64,000 nt of DNA from Camelus ferus (taxonomy: Eukaryota), in NCBI RefSeq assembly GCF_009834535.1, contig NC_045696.1:86802001-86866000 (forward strand), written 5' to 3'. The notes under the pieces were generated by a model that saw only the letters and a list, made by a program, of their open reading frames with translations, did no database searches and was not told the origin of the DNA. The position numbers were made by a program, and so were the translations under genes. Positions 1-12,609 of the stretch are shown in pieces; the first letter of the stretch is position 1, and every line of letters begins with the position of its first letter.

Positions 1-559
1 ATTCATAAAAATTTTTCTGTAAAAGTGTTTCAGTAGCAGAATTCATAGTTACAAAGTCAATTTGTAAAAAAATTAAACAAGAGTGATTTCAAATATAAGA
101 TATAAAGTAAGTGTCATGAAATATGAAGATACGCATTGAGACTATATGATCTGTTTCTAATATGTAAACACAAAAGATCACATGTCTGGAAATAAATAAT
201 CAGAAGAGATTAATTTATTGAAAGTGTTTAATATTTCTTCAAGCAATGCAAGGAAGCTAGAAGTTGTAAGATGGTAATATAAACAGGTATAGGAATCTGT
301 TGAATTTCTACTAGTTACATCTAATTTCTGCATCCTGATGATGTAGACATAATCTGAGTGCTAATTTTTAAAAGTAAGATAGATCAAGTAGCATCATACA
401 TCAAGACTCCAAATGAAAAAAAAAAATCACCAAGAAAAGAATTCCTCAAGAAGGAATGTGGCTAATTAAAGATGATTGCTTCAAACTTTAAGAGAAGTTA
501 AAAAAAAAAAAAGAAGAAGAAAGAAAAGAAAACTATAAGCTACCTTATTTTGGGGAAAT

Positions 560-730
560 GGGCTGACTGCATTATCCCTTTAAACCCTTAAACAATCCAT
601 GAGATAGATATTAGAATTCTCATTCATGTGTTACAAGATTTGATATATAAAAAGCTCAAATAACTTTTACCAAAAGTCACACAGAAAGCTCATGTCGAGA
701 TAAAATTGCTACTAAACTCTGTATGCCTGC
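560..730 (-). mobile_element. MIR SINE fragment (very diverged)
   Basis: AATAACTTTTACCAAAAGTCACACAG resembles the antisense MIR core (AAGTAACTTGCCCAAGGTCACACAG); boundaries approximate. Confidence 0.4.
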
Positions 731-1664
731 TATGTTACCCAAATAAGTAGAAAGTGCTAATATATGTGGAAATATTTAGATAGAAAGGCATAATCCTAGG
801 AAATAACTGATCAGTTCCTTTAGTATCTATCAATAATTCTCAACCAATAACTGAAATAGTATATCTTAAAAGCCAACAGCACATTTATAGCCATTTTAGA
901 CTGATTATTTTCTTCTCACTACTAAAAGAACACATTTGTTTATTATTTGGAACATAAATAAAACTATTTTTAACATTTAAGTAAAAGTATTACTGAGGAA
1001 AGAAAACAAAGAGAAAAGGTACATATCCAATCATGTATAGCATTTATTGAATTTCCTAACATGTGTCTGGAACTTTAAGTATACAAACTAGAAGCCACAA
1101 CAATATGATCATCGGGTCAGCATCTATTTTATAGGCTAGTCAACAGCAGTTCAGTGAGTCTAGACATATCATAAAAACATCTACAAACAGAAAATTTGTA
1201 AAGGAATGTTCCTTTACTTTGCATTATTACCAACAGTGATACCAATTAATTTTATTATGATAGTCATAATTTTTAATGCTTTCCTATATCTTCCTCAGTT
1301 TTCACCATCTTGGTTTTGTGCTTTTTGTTGTACTTAAATTCAATTGCCCTGTCCAAATAAATGCTTTAATTTACTTTTAGTAAAATATTTACTTGGTTTT
1401 TTAATACATAGCTGATTAATTTTTTCACTGAACAAATTTAGAATTGGCATTTGTCTTTCAAAATTTATTTATAAATTTGAGTTACTTTTAATATATGTCA
1501 AAGTACAAATTTGACAGAAATTAGTACACCATGTTCTAATGAATCCTAATCAGATAAAATAAATTTAAAATATTGAAATACATTTTAGATACGAAAAGTT
1601 TAGTTTTATCTAAAGCCACATGAAATCTATTCATTCTCAAGTCCCAGATCTATGATTATAAATG

Positions 1665-2170
1665 ACAAAGGCTAGATCATGTTGGACCATATAAGTTATT
1701 TTTTTTTAACTTAGTTTTAAATCCAAATGAGATGTGAAGCCATTAGACAGTTTTGTCTGAGTAGTGGTAAGATCTGACATATTTCAATGGAACCAATCTG
1801 CTAATATATTTAGAAAAGACTAAGGTGAAGAAGGGAGGAAGAAGACTGACCAAGTAGGGTTTTACTGAAATTTTCTAGGGAGAAATAATAAGGTTAAAAT
1901 AGAGTAATAACTGTGGAATTGGTAAGGAATAATCAAATTGAATATGAAGGTTACTTTATTAATTGATCTGATCAATGGGATCTGTGATGTTAAACTAAGG
2001 AGTTAATGAAATGAGACAAATATAGTTTTTTATTTCTGTTTTTGCTTTATTTCATTTTTTAAATTTTGTTCTATTTTGTTTCTCGGAATGCAGAAAGATG
2101 TCATTAACTGTGATAGAGAAAACTTGTGGCTAGACCAGCTTATGAAGAAAGGTTCAAGAGAGCAGTAAGG
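1665..2170 (-). mobile_element. L2 LINE fragment
   Basis: Purine-rich run with L2-type motifs (GCTAGATCATG, GAAGCCATTAGACAGTTTTG, AGATCTGACATATTT), similar to the L2 copies at 37.4 and 52.6 kb. Confidence 0.55.
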
Positions 2171-4284
2171 TGTTTTAAGATTTTTTTTTTTGTCTAGTAG
2201 GGTCTTCAGTTTCTATAAAATATTTCTACATGAGATTTTATTCTTACGTATTCTGCCTTATGTCTTAAGAGAAATCTGTAGGGTAAAACAGATGTGAAAA
2301 CTCATCACAGATTATGAATAAAAATGAAGAGTGCCTGAACACTGCAACATTCATTGTTAGAATGCATATATTGCAAATAGGTAAATCATATTGTATTAAG
2401 ACCTTTACTTTTTTCTAATAGAGTTCTTTAAGGAAAAAAAACTAATTTGTTGAGCTTTCTAATTTTTTAAAACATTTCTTAAATTATTAGATTATTTTGT
2501 GATTAGATTTATTTACAAATAATTTAATTTATTAAAAATCAGAGCTTCAGGAAAGAAAGAATATGTGCCATTCAAAAAATATATCTACAGAAAACGTAAC
2601 CCAAAATGATGCAGCTGACCTTTTTCCATTTCTCTTCTCTGGATCTTCCTACATTTATTTAGTCTACCATTACAAACAACTGAATTATAGGTATCTTTAA
2701 GTATATGAAAATATTTATAAGACAGTCCAATATGGAAATATTGGCCTGTGAGTTTCTATAAACTTCTAAGCTTGTGTCTCTGCAGACAAAACTCATATTT
2801 GGAGGAGTGAAATCTAACTAGTTCAGAGGGGCTAGAAAGCAGTCTACAGTGATGAAAGCAATAGGGTGATGGGGCATTTAGGGTGACAATTTTGCTAAGA
2901 AGAAAATGTAAGTAAGGAGCAAGTTATAGAATCTTTAGTGTAAATTATAAGCAAAATCATTTTACCATAAAATAGTAAAAACATAATTTATTGATTAGCA
3001 TACAAATAGCCTATTTTAATACTATTTTCAGAGGCAGTATTGGTTATTAATTGCCATTGTTTGCCTTTTTCATTATTTATTAATTCCCAAATGCATAACT
3101 CAGAATAGTGCTTACCAATGACATATTAATATCATTCTGAAGACATGAATATTTGAATTGGTACCACAGAAAGGTTAATTTTTCAGGTTGTTAAAAAATG
3201 TGAGCTAAATTTCTTCAGCCATTTTTTGAGTTAAATCAACTGTAAAATAATTATAAGTTTCTCCAACTTCCTATAGGAGTTTTTGCTGGGAAATAACTTA
3301 AAGTGCAAAAGGTATAAAACTGAAGACATTTCATGCACTATTTCTCTCTCAGCAATTGTGCATATTTAGAGAAAAATGCTACAGCAATATTGAGTCAAAC
3401 ATTGACTTTCACACATATATTCACAACAAAAGTCATCTACAAATAGTACTTAATACTTGTAGAATGCTAACCTAAAAATTACAAAGATGTCTAACAATCC
3501 CTACTTTTGTGTTATAAACATTAAAGTTATCATTATAAAAATTAATGCCACAAAAATTATACTGAAATGTGGGCTTATAGCAACATAAACTTTCATTATT
3601 ATTGCTTGAAATTCTGTTAGTAGCAAATTATTAATACATTATGTGTCTAGTTTTATCAGTTATAAACTTTGAATTTTGCTTTAAAAAGGCACAGATAATG
3701 TTGACATATAGCTTAGTATTTACACTAATGTCTTTTTATCACAATTTTCCACTTGTTTAAATTGTATATGCATGGTATATATCACATAATTAATGTGAGC
3801 TTTATAGTCAGTTTCATATATATTTGTCCAGATTGTCCAGAGAACACTCATTCTCACACTTACAGATTTTTTGAATTTTAGAGTCTCCAATTAGATTATT
3901 CCTTTCTGCATTCTACTATTTATTGTCATCAACTACAACAAAATAAAAAGATAAAATCATTTAATCTCACTGACTATTGTATATCTCAAACATTCCTATT
4001 CTTTAGTTGACAAATCTCTTAAAGTTGGTTTCCTTAACTTCTTTAAATCCAGGTTCAGCACCTTTCTAGGCACATATTATTTAACTCAGATTCAGATTTA
4101 ATTCATCATTCAGATTCATGTAATATTTGTTGAGCACTTACTTTAAACCTTATGTATATAATATTGTCCTAAGTCTTATAAGAGGTTTTATTATTCCTGT
4201 ACCTATTAAACAGAAGAGTAAATATCTTCAGCAATTTGAAAGCACTTAGCCAAAGCAAAGCTGTGTATTTAATTTAGGTTTTAA

Positions 4285-5159
4285 TGTATATCAGTCAGCA
4301 TCCAACCATGAGATAGAAACCACACAGTAACTTCAATAGAAAGTTTAAAGAATCATTATTGGTAATAAGAGATTAAAGTGTCAAGGAATTGGCTAGTAAG
4401 AAGTAAAGTGAACTCTAAAAGTACAGAAATAGCAGATATAAATAGCAATCACTGCCCCTACAGCTATGACAGAGCACTCAAGGCAGAGACACCCTGGACT
4501 AAGAAGCCAGACCTTACTGGAGAGGACACTTGCAGCTCATTAAACAGCAAAGAGGTCACTGTGGTGCCATGTCAGTAGAGCTTGCTGAAAAGCACAGCTG
4601 GACTTTGCTAGAAACCTGTTCTCCATGGTGCTTAAGAAAGATGTTTAAGGAGTAGTGTGTCACCAGAGATACTCCACTATAAAACTGTCCTGAGGCAGAT
4701 GTGGAGGAAAGCTACTGGTCACTGGGCACTGCTGTGGTCCATGCACTGCAGGAACCAGGAACTGGAGTAGTTGTCAGTGCTTCAGGAGCCTGCAGCTAGC
4801 CAAGATGTACTAACTGCACGTACTCCTCTATGAAGCTGCCCATGGTGAGTTCTACCAGGAAGCTGTTAGCCTGAGTACTGCTGGCCACCCTGCCCTGTCT
4901 AAGCCAAACAATAGAAAAGCTGAGAGTATTTTAGGAATCTGGTGCTGGAGAAAGCTACACACTGCAGGAGCCTGCAAGTGAGCATGCCCAAAACAGGAAG
5001 CAAAACTCCTTCCTATTGCCATTTCTCTCCAGCACTCTCTATTAGCAAAGCTTCAGCTAGAGAAGGAAAAAATATTTGAAAGATCAAGATTCATTTTTAT
5101 ATAGCAAGCCAAATGGGGTAAATTTAGAGCTGGGGAACAACAAATTGATAATTAGCATT
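4285..5159. mobile_element. Ancient ERVL-type solo LTR (LTR41/LTR33-like)
   Basis: Begins TGTATATCAGTCAGCATCCAACCATGAGATAGAAACCACACAG and ends TTTAGAGCTGGGGAACAACAAATTGATAATTAGCA; GC-richer than flanks. Subfamily from memory. Confidence 0.55.
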
Positions 5160-6239
5160 ACTATACAAACCCTAAATCTTTATTTTCAGGTTAGATATGA
5201 ATTTTAATTTTTCATCTCCAATTTCAGATTTATGTATATGGGAACTTCCTCCTACCACTACACTCAATTCTGCTTTGTGATAATGTTGAACAAATACAGG
5301 AAAATAACCTGACTGAGCCCATACCAGGCCCCAAGGATCCATAATTATTCAGGAAAGTTAATATACTGAGGATTAAAAATGGATGTGAAGTCCCCCAGTT
5401 ATATTTTATTTTTAAGTCAATACAGGGAAATCTAGTAGGGAAACAAGACTTGAGCTATGGAAGTTTAAACTGCATATTGAAGAAAGTACCAGCCCCTCCT
5501 TCCAAGTGAGATATCCAGCATCTGTATGATGTGGCAGAAATTTGGCTCCTGACATATTAGCCAACTTAGCTTTTATGTCCAACAAAGTCTTCCTCTCTGG
5601 CATAACCAGGAGGTTGGAATCCAGCTGCCCTATTGACAAGTTCATCCTATCAGGACCTGTGGCCTGGATGGATGCCTCAGCAATCTACCAAACCGATAGC
5701 CTTAACCATTACCTGTAATCATTATCGGGGAGATTTTCAGGAGGCCAAACTGCAAGGAATAAAGCCTGGTCAAGTAGGATTTAGGGGAATTCTGCTTTTC
5801 ATACTGACAACTACAACTTCAATTTCCTTAGAAATTTTAGCCAAGATTTTCAGTTTTCTTGGTGGTCATCTTTTCTTCTTCATACTTATTACTGAAACAT
5901 TTGTATAGTTTTGAAAATATTAAAGCTCTACTATTGCTGTGGACTCCAAATAGTTATTTATTACCTACTGGATTCTTAGTTTAATAAGATTCAACTGAAA
6001 TTATTTTTATTTTATAGTAGAGGAAATACTATTGAAAACTAAGGATAAAAAAGTCTTGCTTATGAGTCTTAGTTCTGTCATTTGTATATCATGTTACTTT
6101 AAATAAATAACTTTCTCTTTCCAGATTTTAATTTTCTCCTCTCAAAATGCATCAAAGATCAGTATCTATGGCACTTCCAATTTTTGGTAGGAAGGTAAAG
6201 AGAATCAGTAGATAAACTCATACATACTATTACTACTCT

Positions 6240-6575
6240 ACAATATTTCTAGTTCTCTTTCCCATCTGGGCACATCAAAGGACTGAAGTTTCTAGTCACT
6301 TTGAAGTTAGACATAGCCAGATGACTTCATCGACTAATGAAATGTTATCTGAAGTATGAATGCCATTTCTAGGTGAAAAGAAAAGTTAAGATGATTCTTG
6401 TCCTGCCACTGTGATCTTACAAGTAAGCATTCATATAGTGTCTCCCAGATCAAAGCAGTCTGAAATAATAAACCAACATAGGGGACAACTGCTATAACCT
6501 CAGTGAACATTATGTAAAAAAAAAAAAATGAATTTTGGTTTATTTTAAGCAATTGGCTTGTTTGATACCACCACA
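6240..6575 (+). mobile_element. MaLR LTR fragment (MLT1I/J-like)
   Basis: CTTTGAAGTTAGACATAGCCAGATGACT...CTAATGAAATG...GAAGT...CATTTCTAGG is typical of old MLT1 LTRs. Confidence 0.5.
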
Positions 6576-7402
6576 TGACACAAAAACAAAAAAGAAAGTA
6601 ATGTAGTTAGTTAAGTAAGAAATTAAAAGTATAGTTACATAGGCAAAGAGAAGGTAACACTTTCTAGCACATACGGTTATACTTAAATTATCTCGTAAGC
6701 ATTTATCCTAAATACTTCAAAAGGTGAATTTATAAGAAACCACTGAGAACCAGCATAATTAAAAAATTTTGAGTCACAGATTATAAAAGGAAATTAAAGG
6801 ACCCATACTCAGAAAATACAACCCTTGCTCTTAGCCACTGATGGATAGATAGCCAAAGAGATAGGGATTTCTCTAAAGAAAATTTCAAGTAACATATTTG
6901 AGTGATAGATCAAAGGAATTTATTTTGGAAGTGGAAAAGTTTCTCATCTGTCACATGTCATGAGTTTAGCTAAAAGTATGATAGTGAATCACACTATGTA
7001 TCATCAATATATGGTAAAGTATTTTTCAATTTCCAACATCTCATCTATTATGATGAAACTACTATGTGAGAAGATAAAATAATTTTCTTTAAAGTAGTAA
7101 TTTAGTAAAAGAAATAATTTAATACATAATAAATGATATTCTTGATTGATTGACTGATTGAATGATCTTTCATTTCAATTTTCCCTCCAACAATTATATT
7201 TCAATACTCAAAGTACACAAAGTTGACAAAGGCTTAGTAAATTTAGCCACATCTACTAACCTGAAATAACAAACTAAGAACAATTAAGCTGAAAGTCAAA
7301 CCCAATTGAAAAACATGTTTATGAGGGGTATGTTGCAAATTAGAAATTATTTTAAATTTAGAACAAAAGTTGTTTTGGGACTAGAAAATCTAAGAATTTA
7401 GA

Positions 7403-7520
7403 ATCTTTCTAACCATTTACAATGAAGTTCATACTAAGTATTTACATCTTTCTAAGTATTTATAGTGAAGTACAGTATCTTTCTAAATTTTTGTAAGTAT
7501 TTACAGTGGAATACAATATA
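7403..7520. repeat. Degenerate tandem repeat, about 3 copies of ATCTTTCTAAGTATTTAYAGTGAAGTACAGT
   Basis: ATCTTTCTAA occurs three times and TAAGTATTTA three times within about 120 bp. Confidence 0.6.
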
Positions 7521-8104
7521 CCATCATCTTAACAGAAATTGTGCTACATGAAATCAGTTGTAACATTATGCAATGTCAGAGCTCACAGTAGAATAACCTT
7601 CTATTAATTGATTATACAAACAAGAAACAATACTTTTTGACAAATTATCTCCTTATGTTTCAACATAAGAGGTGTAAAAGCCTAAAGAAAAGTTTTTAAA
7701 AGGTTAAAAAAAAACTTTGGCAAGTTGTATTGCAAGTACTTAGAGCCACTTTGAAACATATATTTTGACAATATATCATTTTTTGTCACTTTCATAAAAT
7801 TAAATGCAGAAATAAAAATTGATTGGGGGTCAAAGTGGTAGCAATGATAGAATGACAAAAAAGTACCAATAATTACCAAAGATATTGTTAATAGTAGTAA
7901 AGGAGTTATGCTGAGGACAAAATATTTGAGGTACCAACTTTACAGTTCACAGTTTCTTAATGGGTTAAGTTCAGATCAGTTGTACTCTACAATCAGAATT
8001 GAGTAGACTACAAAGGACTCATCATTATTGAATACACTCCTGCAATCTTTGCTTCCTGATAAATAGAACTTCAGTAGTGAAACACGCACTCACACAGATA
8101 TACC

Positions 8105-8138
8105 CACATGCGTGCGTGCGCGCGCGCACACACACACA
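8105..8138. repeat. Compound (GCGT)/(GC)/(CA) alternating purine-pyrimidine microsatellite
   Basis: CACATGCGTGCGTGCGCGCGCGCACACACACACA read directly. Confidence 0.9.
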
Positions 8139-10299
8139 TTTACACCAAATATATATCCTTCCAAGTTGTCTTAAGAGAAAACCTATAAATGTTTTAAAGA
8201 ATCTAAATATACACAAATAGTCATCATTCAAAACATTCTTAATTGGCTTATGAGATCACTTCCTTAGATTGTTAAAAATGCAGATTATTGTAATAATGAT
8301 GAAATCTACCTCATAAAACATAACTGGTAAACAGGAAAATTGATAAAGAAAATGCTATATTATTTCCATGTAGAATAAAGTTAGAAGTACAGAGAAAGAC
8401 CAATGTTAAATAAAAAATTCCGTATTTTTCAAAGGAATATCTTTGAAGTTGGGATTGATGGAAATATTTTCATTGAAAAACTGTTTTCCTACATAAAACA
8501 TATGAAGCAAATATAAGGACAAAATAGAAGAGAAAATAAATAAAAATAGAGACAGAATCATGGATGCAGTAGGTAAATTCAATTTTCTAAAAGTAGTTTA
8601 TTTAGCACACGTATTTTCCTCCTCCTCTCAAAATAAATTTGGAAATAATAAGAAAAAATATTAATATCACTGGGACATAGGAGAGAATGTCTTTAATAAA
8701 CCAGAATTTTAAGGAATTTCTGGAAGACATTAAACAGATGGGAACAGACGGAGGACAAAGCTATTCAGTGTAAAATAGCCTTTGACTCAAAGCAGGCAAA
8801 GGGGGAAAACCTGGAAGAACAAGCAGATTTTCTAAACTGAGCCCTGAAAACAATCAAAGCTCAGAACAGAAGGGACTGGAAACAAGGCAAGCTGGGTAAT
8901 AAGGCAGAAACTGAAGGGATTTAAATTCTGAGCTAGCTTTTCCCATACAAGGTGCCTGATACAATCCCAGTTGCCAGGGACTGTTTAAAAATGAACTGAG
9001 GAATATGGCACTGAAATCTGTCAATGTGGGCAGCAGAGACAAAGAGAGGAAAAGACTTACCACAGCAAACATTTGGGTGCCATTAATAACACTTGAAATA
9101 AAAAAAGTGATTTAACATAGTTGGAAAATATCCTGAATCATCTGGTATTTTCTTTCCTATTGGAGTACTAAGACTCTAACTGGACACAAACAATTCTAAC
9201 ACTTTAGAGTATGGAAGATTGGGTAGCTTGGAAAATAGAAAGATCAAACACAGGACATTAGGGATCTCCTCCAGTAACCAACACACTATACAGCTAACCA
9301 CAAGCTATACATACGCTTCGGCTTTACTTGGTGTGAAAAACGACTTAAAAGAAATCATGCCATTTAAGAACTCTACAGTCAACCTCCTGATTGAAGGAAA
9401 AAATTCACCTTCTCCTGGAAGTCTTCCAAACAGTCACCAAATCTTGTGTCAAACACCCCAATTAACCAACATGCACATAAAAAGTCCTGTTGGACAAAGC
9501 CCTACGGGATTAGATAAATAGAATGGATAGGAAAATGATCTTTTTCATAGACTTGGAAGGATGATGAAATAGGTAAAAAAAATTTAGTTTATATTTTAGT
9601 TTTTTAAAGTTGTTAATATGAGTTTTTAAAAAAGATAATGTAAAAGCTTTGTACCTAATATAACCCCAGTAATATGTAACTTCTTTTTCACTAAGTTATA
9701 TAAGGCAGTCAGGCAATTATTTAGGTCTGCATAACTGGATGGACACTAAGATTGATTAAGCATTTGAGAAGAAAGCACCAGTAAGAATTGGATTGGCTTA
9801 CTGAACATTCTGCTCATTTTGATGATGTCCTTCAGAATTAGTGTGTCATTTTTGCTTTCTGGGAACAAACACATTTGATAGACACAAAATGTCAGCATAT
9901 ATGATCCAGGATGTGCAATTAACCTTCTAACTGTTGATCACCTTAATCATCCCAATGGAAAATGCCAGAAAAATAAGAGTATCCTGCCTTAGGAACGTGG
10001 TGTGACACCAACACACTAGATATTTAACACAACAGCTCTGCTCACTTTGTCACCAGCAGTTAATAAGTCTAATCACAGTTATTATGTTAAGCATATTCTA
10101 TTTCCTTTCCTCTGAAGGATTTAGGGAGATAGAAACAAGATTTCTTACCTATTTCTTTTCAGCTTACACTTGAACCAATTGAAATAGAAAATGTATTCCT
10201 GTCCCAAAGAATCCTGAACAGTGACATGATTCTTGAAGGATGCTGAACAAGCCATCAGTACATATCACTCTAGGCTTTTTCCCCTAAAGGGGACAGATT

Positions 10300-11110
10300 T
10301 GAAAAAATAATAATCAGACATACTAAGGAAAAACAAAATTTTCAAAAGAGTTGTGATATTAGTTGATTAATTAGGGCAATAAGCTATAGATTAAAAAAGC
10401 CAAATACAGAAAGCAAGATAGGACTTAGTGGTCAAAACAACAACAACAACAATAACAAACTCCAAGTACTTTTCTCAAGAAGCAATTAATGAAGAAGCTT
10501 GGAAAAAAGTAGTATTTGAGGAATAAAATGCATAGTGGTCAAAATAATGAGGAAAGCTCAGAGAAACTGAATGAATAATACTGAATATTAACTGCGATTT
10601 GCAAGATCAACTTCAGATAATCCATTGGAATGCAGAACAATACACAAAGAAGAAATTAAAGTATTGAGCGCAAAGGCAAGACACACGGGATGTAGAACAT
10701 GGAAGTCCGTATAAAAATAGTTCCAAGAGTATAATATTGAGTAGACAGGGAGATATAAAATAATAAAATTAATAAAATAAAAAATAGATTAAAAAAATTA
10801 AATAAAAAATAGTCAACTTTTTAATACCAAAAAGGTCACTGAATAATGGACAACACTGAAAAAAATTACTCAGTGAAAAAGTGATGTATTCTAAGAATAA
10901 AAAGGAATCCTGTAAGCTTCCTGATTTGGGGAGATGGTTACAAAGGAAAAGAGAATCACCTTAGTATTAGAAAGATCTTCCAGAACATTCTGGAAGATTG
11001 TATAAAAGAAAAATCAAAAGGTCTTTAATGGAAAAGCACTGTAACTTTTAGATTCCATATTGGAGTAAATGGAACAGGGTGTAGAAAAGATCTGATATTC
11101 AAAGACTCAA
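10300..11110 (+). mobile_element. Ancient L1M/HAL1-like ORF1-region relic
   Basis: A-rich strand with ORF1-like motifs (AAAAGGAATCCTGTAAGCTTCC, CAAAGGAAAAGAGAATCACC, TTTTAGATTCCATAT); no open frame left. Confidence 0.5.
10977..10996. promoter_or_regulatory. Perfect four-pentamer heat-shock element motif (cTTCc-aGAAc-aTTCt-gGAAg); function unproven
   Basis: Four contiguous alternating nGAAn units within the palindrome ATCTTCCAGAA-CA-TTCTGGAAGAT. Confidence 0.4.
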
Positions 11111-12099
11111 ATATATATGTTCTATAACTGCAGCTTTTATTCTGTTCTTCATTGTAACCAGTTCTTCTGGTACAATTTTGGAGAGAGGGAAATTCTTCTA
11201 TTCTACTTCAGTCACTGGTGTGTTGGGGAATATTATCTCATTACCTGTCCAAAAAGTTTGTCAGCCAAACCAAGCATATACAATTACACTAACAAAATTA
11301 CCTGGGCAGATAACCATTCCAGGGATGAACAAGAATTCATGCCGAGCTAATTAGATCCACTCTCCAGTAATTTTCTCATTGATTTGATAGAGATGTAGTC
11401 TTTTAATTTTTGTCCACAATATAATATTGCCAATACAGAAATCATGGTTATAACTTTGTGGTAAATCTTAAATTGAAAGAATAAATCCAATGAATAAACA
11501 GAAGTAGAAAACAAAATAACACACATTATTGGTAGGTAGGTGATAGATAGACTAAATAATTTCTGTGAAAAGCCTCACCTCTGGTATTCCAAATAATAAT
11601 GTATTAAATTTCTTTTTTTTGGTTCTCTCTTACTTCATGGTGAATTCTCCACCCCTTACAACTGAAATATTCTTGACATGTTTAAAAATATATTTAAAAA
11701 ATTAATTTAGTAAACCAAAAAGTAAATAATAAAATACAAATCAAGAAGTGGAATATATAGTATGCAGAAAAAATGGGAAAATGAAAGCAACAAAAATTAT
11801 ATGTAAGGCTCTAGTTGATAACATAATTTTTAAAATTTAATGTAAAAAATTAAAGTAAATTTTAAAATTGAGATGTAACTTACATATCTTAAAGCAAAGC
11901 TTTATACTGATAATAAATATGAATAAAGATTCTATATGATTTTTGCAATGTACCTATTTAATAATTATTTTAAAATTATGATCAAATATGATTGATAAAC
12001 ACTTCTGAGTAACTGATGTTAGAAAATACAGTTAGATAAAACGTTCAAAGCAATAGAAACAATAAGCAAAACCATTTGATCAATAAAAATACCAAATTA

Positions 12100-12600
12100 A
12101 AAGAAAAAAACTACAAAAATAAAAAGTAAAAATTGCAAGAAAAAAGACATTTATAAATACATTTATCATGAATGCATTAAATCAACAAGTTAAATGACAG
12201 AATGCACAAACTGTGTAAGCAAACCAAATACAGATGACTTAAACTAAGCATTAGTAATGAGTTAATGCCACAAAGAGTTGAAAATAATAGAATGGACTAG
12301 AATATACAAAATATATGCAAGCAAATAAAACCCAGAAAGAGAAATATTATCATTCAAAGATTACTTCAAGAAAAACTAGTTATTTTTAAAAGATAAAAAA
12401 ATTGTCTTGAAATAGTACTCTAACAAGAAGATAAAATAATAAAGGATATATATGTATATAATATATATACACTAACTTTAATGTAGAAGTATAGAGATTT
12501 TGACAAAGCGAAAATTATAATGAAAAAGTCTTCTTTGACAAATCAAGCTATGCATTTCATAGGGTTGATAAAAAGTAGTCAATATAATAATGAACGAATA
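12100..12600 (+). mobile_element. Ancient L1M ORF2 endonuclease-region relic
   Basis: ATGAATGCATTAAATCAACAAGTTAAATGACAGA, GAGTTGAAAATAATAGAATGG, ATATATGCAAGCAAATA and CAAGAAGATAAAATAAT follow the order expected at the start of L1 ORF2. Confidence 0.55.
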
Positions 12601-12609
12601 AATGATAAA

